Shown: positions 1 to 9,808 of the stretch, one piece after another
Position numbering within the stretch: position 1 is the stretch's first letter
Layout of the letters: each line of letters opens with the position of its first letter
Source of the DNA: Eledone cirrhosa
Lineage: Eukaryota
Length of the DNA stretch: 64,000 nt
Reading direction: 5' to 3'
NCBI GenBank assembly: GCA_964016885.1
Contig: OZ024766.1
Location: forward strand, 14,508,001-14,572,000
Notes under the pieces: generated by a model
What the model saw: only the letters and a program-made list of their open reading frames with translations
The model's database searches: none
Told to the model about the DNA's origin: nothing
Made by a program: the position numbers and the translations under genes

Positions 1-59
1 ATATATATATATATAAATTTATATAATACAACATTAGAATTACTACTACATTTTACTTT

Positions 60-175
60 CTATCTCTGTCTCTCACATCTCTTTCTCTCCCTCTATCTCC
101 CTCTCTCGATATCCCTCTCTTTCTCTCACCCCCCTCTCTCTCTCTATCTCTCTCTATCTCTCCTCCTGTCTCTCC
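60..175. repeat. Degenerate (CT)n tract, with short and long forms among units
   Basis: ctctct-rich run. The long form, with an extra gcctcttccacttttagtctccattc block, occurs at ~15510, 21120, 37030 and 62085. Confidence 0.9.
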
Positions 176-378
176 CATACACTTACCTAAGGTCATGTAA
201 TTTAACTGGGTGTGACTTTCTCAAAAGTTAATACAAAGACTTGCTTTCAACTGACAGAAACATAGCTACAATGTTGCACACTCATATCATGTGTCTGTAT
301 GGCTGACTGCCTGAACTTCATACAGAAATAAAAAACCCCACACAACCAACATTCTGGGGTTGATAAAATATAATTGTT

Positions 379-1050
379 TCTAATTATATTGACTAATTAT
401 ATTTACGAATAATATTGACTAATAATATTGACTAATTATATTGACTAATTATATTTACTAATAATATTGACTAATAATATTGACTAATTATATTGACTAA
501 TTATATTGACTAATTATATTTACTAATAATATTGACTAATAATATTGACTAATTATATTTACTAATAATATTGACTAATAATATTGACTTATTATATTGA
601 CTAATTATATTGACTAATTATATTGACTAATTATATTGACTAATTATATTTACTAATAATATTGACTAATTATATTTACTAATAATATTGACTAATAATA
701 TTGACTAATTATATTGACTAATTATATTGACTAATTATATTGACTAATTATATTGACTAATTATATTGACTAATTATATTGACTAATTATATTTACTAAT
801 AATATTGACTAATTATATTTACTAATAATATTGACTAATTATATTGACTAATTATATTGACTAATTATATTGACTAATTATATTTACTAATAATATTGAC
901 TAATAATATTGACTAATTATATTGACTAATTATATTTACTAATTATATTGACTAATTATATTGACTAATTATATTGACTAATTATATTGACTAATTATAT
1001 TGACTAATTATATTTACTAATAATAGTAACTAATTATATGAACTAATAAT
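379..1050 (+). repeat. 13-bp AT-rich minisatellite (GACTAATWATATT)n, present in every unit with variable length
   Basis: Direct 13-bp periodicity, e.g. 721-780. Confidence 0.95.
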
Positions 1051-1145
1051 TATTTCTACATTAGCCACAAGGCCAGCAATTACCCAGTACATTACTGGTA
1101 CTTTATTTTATCGACCCCGTAAGGATGAAAGGCAAAGTTAACCTC
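1046..1145 (-). mobile_element. SINE 3' half (core + tail)
   Basis: Reverse complement of the ~1932-2030 part of the + strand SINE. Confidence 0.85.
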
Positions 1146-1326
1146 ATTAACTAATTATATTGACTAATAATATTAACTAATTATATTGACTAATTATATT
1201 AACTAATAATATTAACTAATATTATCACCTAATAATATTAACTAATAACATTCACTAATTATATTAACTAATAATATTAACTAATATTATCAACTAATAA
1301 TATTCATTAATAATTTAAATAATGTT

Positions 1327-1429
1327 TACATTAGGCACAAGGCCAGCAATTACCCCAGTGTATTACTGGTACTTTATTTTATCAACCCCGTAAGGATGAA
1401 GGGCAAAGTTAACCTCGGCGGGATTTGAA
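1327..1429 (-). mobile_element. SINE 3' portion, extending into the B box
   Basis: Reverse complement reads ttcaaatcccgccgaggttaactttgcccttcatccttacggggttgataaaataaagtacc...gctggccttgtgcc. Confidence 0.85.
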
Positions 1430-1444
1430 TTAGTTAATATTATT

Positions 1445-1509
1445 CGGTGGATTGGCAGTATCGGTGGAGCGTCGGACGCCATGCTTTGATGCATAGAGTT
1501 ACGGCCCTT
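1445..1509 (+). mobile_element. SINE head fragment (A-box region)
   Basis: cggtggattggcagtatcggtggagcgtcggacgcc matches the head at 1841. Confidence 0.75.
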
Positions 1510-1830
1510 AGTCAATATAATTAGTAAATATTATTAGTTAATATTATTAGTTAATATAATTAGTTAATATTATTAGTTAATATAATTAGTTAATATTATT
1601 AGTTAATATTATTAGTTAATATAATTAGTTAATATTATTAGTTAATATTATTAGTTAATATAATTAGTTAATATTATTAGTTAATATAATTAGTTAATAT
1701 TATTAGTTAATATTATTAGTTAATATAATTAGTTAATATTATTAGTTAATATTATTAGTTAATATTATTAGTCAATATAATTAGTTAATATTATTAATTA
1801 ATATAATTAGTTAATATTATTAGTCAATAA
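1509..1830 (-). repeat. 13-bp minisatellite in the opposite orientation (TAGTTAATATWAT)n
   Basis: Reverse complement of the aattatattaact variant of the 379-1050 array. Confidence 0.93.
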
Positions 1831-1840
1831 TAACATTAAT

Positions 1841-2033
1841 GGCAGTGGATTGGCAGTATCAGTGGAGGGTGGGACGCCATGCTTTGATGCATAGAGTTAC
1901 GGCCCTTGCCATTCTGAGTTCAAATCCCACCGAGGTTAACTTTGCCTTTCATCCTTACGGGGTCGATAAAATAAAGTAGCAGTAATACACTGGGGTAATT
2001 GCTGGCCTTGTGCCTAACGTAGAAACAATTATT
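1841..2033 (+). mobile_element. Near full-length tRNA-derived SINE (octopus-type), present in every unit
   Basis: A-box-like tggcagtatcag, B box gagttcaaatccc, core gcctttcatccttacggggtcgataaaataaagta, tail gctggccttgtgcc...gaaacaattatt. Confidence 0.85.
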
Positions 2034-2108
2034 AACTAATATTACTAACTAATAATATTGATTGTTGACTAGAAATTTAGAGATTATTTTAATGGTTTCT
2101 GATTTAGA

Positions 2109-2247
2109 TGCAAGGCCAACACATTTGGGGAAGGGGTGTTGATTGACCCCAGTGTGTTACTGGTACTTTATTTTATCAACCCAGTAAGGATGAAGGGCAA
2201 AGCTTACCTTGATGGGATTTGAACTCAGAACGTAAAGGGCCGTAACT
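2109..2247 (-). mobile_element. Diverged SINE copy of the same family
   Basis: gggatttgaactcagaacgtaaag is the reverse complement of the B-box region; the core follows. Confidence 0.8.
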
Positions 2248-2294
2248 GGGTTCAAATCCTACTGAAGTTATAGCTCTGGCTTTCATCCTAACAG

Positions 2295-2512
2295 GGTTGA
2301 TAAAGTAAAGTACCAGTAACGTACTGGGGTTGATAAAGTAAAGTACCAGTAACGTACTGGGGTTGATAAAGTAAAGTACCAGTAACGTACTGGGGTTGAT
2401 AAAGTAAAGTACCAGTAACGAACTGGGGTTGATAAAGTAAACTACCAGTAATGTACTGGGGTTAATAAAATAAAGTACCAGTAATGTACTGGGGTTGATA
2501 AAATAAAGTACC
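2295..2512 (+). repeat. 33-bp minisatellite (GGGGTTGATAAAGTAAAGTACCAGTAAYGTACT)n, ~6.6 copies
   Basis: Direct 33-bp period, continuing from a SINE B box/core at 2246-2294. Confidence 0.95.
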
Positions 2513-2555
2513 TGGACTGGTGAGAGATAAAAGCTGAGATATGAAAATAACTAAC

Positions 2556-2693
2556 CTTTCTGACAACTGTTTCTTTCATAACCTGGAGCACATCTACCCC
2601 TTGAACAGATCCCTAATTCCACATTACACCTGTTGTTATCTTCACAATGACACACCTGATCACAGTTGGCACCAAGTCTTCCACTACTGCACA
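2556..2693 (-). CDS. EGF-like exon copy 1 (G41R variant): VCSSGRLGANCDQVCHCEDNNRCNVELGICSRGRCAPGYERNSCQK
   Basis: Polypyrimidine tract + cag at 2696-2694, gt at 2555-2554; 138 nt, phase 1-1, 8 Cys. Confidence 0.9.
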
Positions 2694-4182
2694 CTGTAAC
2701 AGGAAAACATTGGTGTAGATCAGGGATTGCCAACTTCTTTGCCTCCATGGGCCGGACGAACGCCATAAAAGAATAATTATGGAAAATTACACAAGCTAAA
2801 ATTTAATCTCGAGTGTTGACTATACTATTCATTTCTCAAATCTTGAATTATATTCACAAATACCTCTGAATCCTGTGATTTCCCTCCTTGAAATGATGGA
2901 AAATGCACATAATTTTTATTTCAAAGTTGATGTTCCCACAACTGTAGCTTTTTTTCAAAGACAACAATATGGTTATACATTTCATTTACGAGCTGTGTTT
3001 TACCTTGAAGTTGTAAATTTAAGTTATTTAACCCTTTAGCACTTACATTACTCTATATTTACTATTGTAATGTCACAGTAAACACTTTATCTTATATAGT
3101 TATCTCACATAATATTGAATCTATGAGATTTTGATATTATTTATTTTGAGAAGAATACCTTAACGTCAGTATGAGTGGCTAGTTACAGCCGGTTTGAACA
3201 GAAAAAAGTGAGAGATTTCTGGCCGGATATGGCCGGTTTAAATGCTAAAGGGTTAAACGAGTCACAATATCCTCAATAAATACCAAAGTTGTAACAGCAG
3301 GCCTTTTATTGTATTCGAAAGGAATAATACGTATTATTCTTTTATAATCTTTTATAATCTCTATAATTGTATTATTCTTTATCGAAAGGTTGTGAGTTCA
3401 ATTCTCCGACCGGTTAATGTGTTGTTTCCTTGAGCAAGACACTTTATTTCAAATTGCTCCAGTTTACTCAGCTGTAGAAATGAGATGATAGGGACTGGAG
3501 TCCCTATCATTCCACTGTAAAGTGGTCGTAGAGGTGCCACGGCAAAAAATCACCCAGCACTCACTGTAAATGAGGTTGGTTTTAGGAAGGGCATCAAGCT
3601 GTAGAAATCAAGCCAGAATCAGTTCCTGTCCCACTCTTGCAAGCAGGGAAAAGGGGACGTAAAATGAAATGATTTCATAATTCAGGGGTTGATAAAATAT
3701 AGTACCAGTGATATCCTGGAGTAGATTTAATAGAATAGCTTAACACACACTCACATATATATATATATCTACTAACCAAAGTATCGCGTGATCTGGTGCG
3801 TTATGGTCCACCTCGTTCCTTACCATACTTCCTACCACACACACACATATATAGATATATACTTATAAATATATACAGAATAAGGAGCAGGTATTACAAT
3901 AACCTGGGGTTCAAGGGCCCTCACCTCTTCAACAAGCTGCCAAGGAATTTGAGAGATCTGCATGGTGTGGACGTGGATGTTTTCAAGGAACATCTCGACA
4001 CCCTGTTACCAGGATCCTGGATGAGCCCACAGCATGGTTCGAAGGTAACCTAAGGGCAGCAACAACGAACCCCCTCTTTGCCAAATGGCCAACCAACACA
4101 GGTTGGAGAAAGAATGTGTAACAAGGGCATGCCCCAGCATGGCCTCAACTGGATCGCTGGAACACGTTAAAAGAGTAAAAGA

Positions 4183-4215
<33 letters not shown>

Positions 4216-4834
4216 GTAGGAGGTGAGTTTTATTGTAGTACAATAAAGCAATGCAGATATCGGATAAGAAGCACTCTACAGTTTGTAGGACTGGAGTATA
4301 CATAATATAAGATCAAAAGATGGTTAAAGGAGTTCCATGTATTTTATTATGCGCATTTAAAACTGCACTATCCACAAGTGTTTTTTTAGCCTTCATATCA
4401 TGTTCTCCTGTTTTATCTGATGAAAACACAAATATTATTGCATGATGATGTTTGTTTTTGAAATGCGCATAATAAAATACATGGAACTCCTTTAACCATC
4501 TTTTGATCTTATATTATATATACATATATATATATTTATATTTATATTTCTGGCTATTTCTGGCTGTCGATGGTCCTATTCAGGCCACTGGGATGACGTT
4601 GTTCAACGAGTGTATTTTTAAAAAAATGCAACAAGTGGTTCAAATCATTCGCAGATTTGCATTTGCTGTGTAAACGCAGATGGTTATTTTTCTTCTCATT
4701 TGGTGAACATCCAAGAATTTAACTGCTGTGATTTACGGATTAATAGGTGAAATATATTTCTTACTTAAAGAGCCAGGAACCCAACGGCTGAGCTCCGGCC
4801 AGAGATCAGCAGTTGGGGTCCTGACTCTTTTCCT

Positions 4835-4885
<51 letters not shown>

Positions 4886-7800
4886 ACGAAGGAAATGTGG
4901 TAAGGAACCAGGTGGACCATAACGCACCAAAGTACTCAATACTTGAGGTAGTAGAGTGGGTAATAGGAACCTTATTATATATTTATATATATATATATAT
5001 AAATAATATATTAATAAATGGAAACTATATTTATAAAACCATATTTATTTTATTATACATATTTCAAGGGCAACCAAGGCAAACTGTTGAGTGCTTTATA
5101 TCAGTTATAAAAATGTTTAAGCTTATTGAATCCCAACAAATTAAATATAACCTCTGCATATATATATATTTATATATATATATATAAATTTATATAATAC
5201 AACATTAGAATTACTACTACATTTTACTTTCTATCTCTGTCTCTCACATCTCTTTCTCTCCCTCTATCTCCCTCTCTCGATATCCCTCTCTTTCTCTCAC
5301 CCCCCTCTCTCTCTCTATCTCTCTCTATCTCTCCTCCTGTCTCTCCCATACACTTACCTAAGGTCATGTAATTTAACTGGGTGTGACTTTCTCAAAAGTT
5401 AATACAAAGACTTGCTTTCAACTGACAGAAACATAGCTACAATGTTGCACACTCATATCATGTGTCTGTATGGCTGACTGCCTGAACTTCATACAGAAAT
5501 AAAAAACCCCACACAACCAACATTCTGGGGTTGATAAAATATAATTGTTTCTAATTATATTGACTAATTATATTTACGAATAATATTGACTAATAATATT
5601 GACTAATTATATTGACTAATTATATTTACTAATAATATTGACTAATAATATTGACTAATTATATTGACTAATTATATTGACTAATTATATTGACTAATTA
5701 TATTTACTAATAATATTGACTAATAATATTGACTAATTATATTTACTAATAATATTGACTAATAATATTGACTTATTATATTGACTAATTATATTGACTA
5801 ATTATATTGACTAATTATATTGACTAATTATATTTACTAATAATATTGACTAATTATATTTACTAATAATATTGACTAATTATATTGACTAATTATATTG
5901 ACTAATTATATTTACTAATTATATTTACTAATAATATTGACTAATAATATTGACTAATTATATTGACTAATTATATTGACTAATTATATTTACTAATAAT
6001 ATTGACTAATAATATTGACTAATTATATTGACTAATTATATTGACTAATTATATTGACTAATTATATTGACTAATAATATTAACTAATAATATTAACTAA
6101 ATAATATTAACTATCAAGGGCGGTGGATTGGCAGTATCGGTATAAGGTCGGACGCCGTGCTTTCCAGCATAGTTACGTCCCTTTACGATCTGAGTTCAAA
6201 TCCCGCCGAGGTAGACTTTGCCTTTCATCCTTACGGGGTCGATAAAATAAAGTACCAGTTATGCACTGGGTAATTGCTGGCCTTGTGCCTAAAGTAGAAA
6301 CAATTATTAGTAAATATAATTAGTTAATATTATTAGTTAATATAATTAGTTAATATTATTAGTTAATATTATTAGTCAATAATAATATTAATGGCAGTGG
6401 ATTGGCAGTATCAGTGGAGGGTCGGACGCCATGCTTTGATGCATAGAGTTACGGCCCTTGCCATTCTGAGTTCAAATCCCACCGAGGTTAACTTTGCCTT
6501 TCATCCTTACGGGGTCGATAAAATAAAGTAGCAGTAATTCACTGGGGTAATTGCTGGCCTTGTGCCTAACGTAGAAACAATTATTAACTAATATTTCTAA
6601 CTAATAATATTGATTGTTGACTAGAAATTTAGAGATTATTTTAATGGTTTCTGATTTAGATGCAAGGCCAACACATTTGGGGAAGGGGTGTTGATTGACC
6701 CCAGTATGTTACTGGTACTTTATTTTATCAACCCAGTAAGGATGAAAGGCAAAGCTTACCTTGATGGGATTTGAACTCAGAACGTAAAGGGCCGTAACTG
6801 GGTTCAAATCCTACTGAAGTTATAGCTCTGGCTTTCATCCTAACAGGGTTGATAAAGTAAAGTACCAGTAACGTACTGGGGTTGATAAAGTAAAGTACCT
6901 GTAACGTTCTTGGGTTGATAAAGTAAGGTACCAGTAATGTACTGGGGTTGATAAAGTAAAGTACCAGTAATGTACTGGGTTTGATAAAGTAAAGTACCAG
7001 TAACGTACTGGGGTTGATAAAGTAAAGTACCAGTAATGTACGGGGGGTTGATAAAGTAAGGTACCAGTAATGTACTGGGGTTGATAAAGTAAAGTACCAG
7101 TAATGTACTGGGGTTGATAAGGTAAAGTACCTGTAACGTTCTTGGGTTGATAAAGTAAGGTACCAGTAATGTACTGGGGTTGATAAAGTAAAGTACCAGT
7201 AATGTACTGGGTTTGATAAAGTAAAGTATCAGTAACGTACTGGGGTTGATAAAGTAAAGTACCAGTAATGTACTGGGGTTGATAAAGTAAAGTACCAGTA
7301 ACGTACTGGTGTTGATAAAGTAAAGTACCAGTAAAGTACTGGGGTTGACAAAATAAAGTACCAGTAATGTACTGGGATTGATAAAATAAAGTACCAGTAA
7401 TGTACTGGGGTTGATAAAATAAAGTACCTGGAATGGTGAGAGATAAAAGCTGAGATATGAAAATAACTAACCTTTCTGACAACTGTTTCCTTCATAACCT
7501 GGAGCACATCTACCCCTTGAACAGATCCCTAATTCCACATTACACCTGTTGTTATCTTCACAATGACACACCTGATCACAGTTGGCACCAAGTCTTCCAC
7601 TACTGCACACTGTAACAGGAAAACATTGGTGTAGATCAGGGATTGCCAACTTCTTTGCCTCCATGGGCCGGACGAACGCCATAAAAGAATAATTATGGAA
7701 AATTACACAAGCTAAAATTTTTATCTCGAGTGTCGACTATACTATTCATTTCTCAAATCTTGAATTATATTCACAAATACCTCTGAATCCTGTGATTTCC

Positions 7801-9753
7801 CTCCTTGAAATGATGGAAAATGCACATAATTTTTATTTCAAAGTTGATGTTCCCACAACTGTAGCTTTTTTTCAAAGGCAACAATATGGTTATACATTTC
7901 ATTTACGAGCTGAGTTTTACCTTGAAGTTGTAAATTTAAGTTATTTAACCCTTTAGCACTTACATTACTCTATATTTACTATTGTAATGTCACAGTAAAC
8001 ACTTTATCTTATATAGTTATCTCACATAATATTGAATCTATGAGATTTTGATATTATTTATTTTGAGAAGAATACCTTAACGTCAGTATGAGTGGCTAGT
8101 TACAGCCGGTTTGAACAGAAAAAAGTGAGAGATTTCTGGCCGGATATGGCCGGTTTAAATGCTAAAGGGTTAAACGATTCACAATATCCTCAATAAATAC
8201 CAAAGTTGTAACAGCAGGCCTTTTATTGTATTCGAAAGGAATAATACGTATTATTCTTTTATAATCTTTTATAATCTCTATAATTGTATTATTCTTTATC
8301 GAAAGGTTGTGAGTTCAATTCTCCGACCGGTTAATGTGTTGTTTCCTTGAGCAAGACACTTTATTTCAAATTGCTCCAGTTTACTCAGCTGTAGAAATGA
8401 GATGATAGGGACTGGGGTCCCTATCATTCCACTGTAAAGTGGTCCTAGAGGTGCCACGGCAAAAAATCACCCAGCACTCACTGTAAATGAGGTTGGTTTT
8501 AGGAAGGGCATCAAGCTGTAGAAATCAAGCCAGAATCAGTTCCTGTCCCACTCTTGCAAGCAGGGAAAAGGGGACGTAAAATGAAATGATTTCATAATTC
8601 AGGGGTTGATAAAATATAGTACCAGTGATATCCTGGGGTAGATTTAATAGAATAGCTTAACTCGCACTCACATATATATATATCTACTAACCAAAGTATC
8701 GCGTGATCTGGTGCGTTATGGTCCACCTCGTTCCTTACCATACTTCCTACCACACACACACACACACACATATATAGATATATACTTATAAATATATACA
8801 GAATAAGGAGCAGGTATTACAATAACCTGGGGTTCAAGGGCCCTCACCTCTTCAACAAGCTGCCAAGGAATTTGAGAGATCTGCATGGTGTGGACGTGGA
8901 TGTTTTCAAGGAACATCTCGACACCCTGTTACCAGGATCCTGGATGAGCCCACAGCATGGTTCGAAGGTAACCTAAGGGCAGCAACAACGAACCCCCTCT
9001 TTGCCGAATGGCCAACCAACACAGGTTGGAGAAAGAATGTGTAACAAGAGCATGCCCCAGCATGGCCTCAACTGGATCGCTGGAACACGTTAAAAGAGAA
9101 AAAGAGAATATATATATATATATATACATATAATGTAGGAGGTGAGTTTTATTGTGGTACAATAAAGCAATGCAGATATCGGATAAGAAGCACTCTACAG
9201 TTTGTAGGACTGGAGTATACATAATATAAGATCAAAAGATGGTTAAAGGAGTTCCATGTATTTTATTATGCGCATTTAAAACTGCACTATCCACAAGTGT
9301 TTTTTTAGCCTTCATATCATGTTCTCCTGTTTTATCTGATGAAAACACAAATATTATTGCATGATGATGTTTGTTTTTGAAATGCGCATAATAAAATACA
9401 TGGAACTCCTTTAACCATCTTTTGATCTTATATTATATTTACATATATATATATTTATATTTATATTTCTGGCTATTTCTGGCTGTCGATGGTCCTATTC
9501 AGGCCACTGGGATGACGTTGTTCAACGAGTGTATTTTTAAAAAAATGCAACAAGTGGTTCAAATCATTCGCAGATTTGCATTTGCTGTGTAAACGCAGAT
9601 GGTTATTTTTCTTCTCATTTGGTGAACATCCAAGAATTTAACTGCTGTGATTTACGGATTAATAGGTGAAATATATTTCTTACTTAAAGAGCCAGGAACC
9701 CAACGGCTGAGCTCCGGCCAGAGATCAGCAGTTGGGGTCCTGACTCTTTTCCT

Positions 9754-9808
<55 letters not shown>

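Noticed and set aside
187-250. Longer exon using the tgtttctgtcag acceptor at ~251
   Set aside because: Stops occur in all three frames before the gtaagt donor.
1841-1935. tRNA gene (A/B-box-like motifs)
   Set aside because: No cloverleaf; the sequence continues into a SINE core and tail.
2295-2512. 33-bp repeats resembling a CRISPR array
   Set aside because: The repeats are contiguous with no unique spacers, there are no cas genes, and the context is eukaryotic.
2694-2766. N-terminal 25 aa (MAFVRPMEAKK...) of the 71-aa ORF, read as a standalone small gene in each unit
   Set aside because: A strong splice acceptor sits exactly where the Cys pattern begins and a donor precedes the stop. There is no signal peptide for a disulfide-rich product, so this part is better read as intron.
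2864-2886. Candidate 23-nt exon (tttcaag|...CAGAG|gtattt) on the minus strand
   Set aside because: Weak splice sites, and the length is not frame-preserving.
3796-4053. 85-aa + strand ORF as a host gene
   Set aside because: It is a chimera of repeat, (CA)/(TA) tract and LINE C-terminus, and the frame is broken in units with a different (CA)n length.
4733-5187. YIYIYI- and SLSL-rich ORFs here and in other units
   Set aside because: They are translations of (TA)n and (CT)n microsatellites whose frame changes between units.
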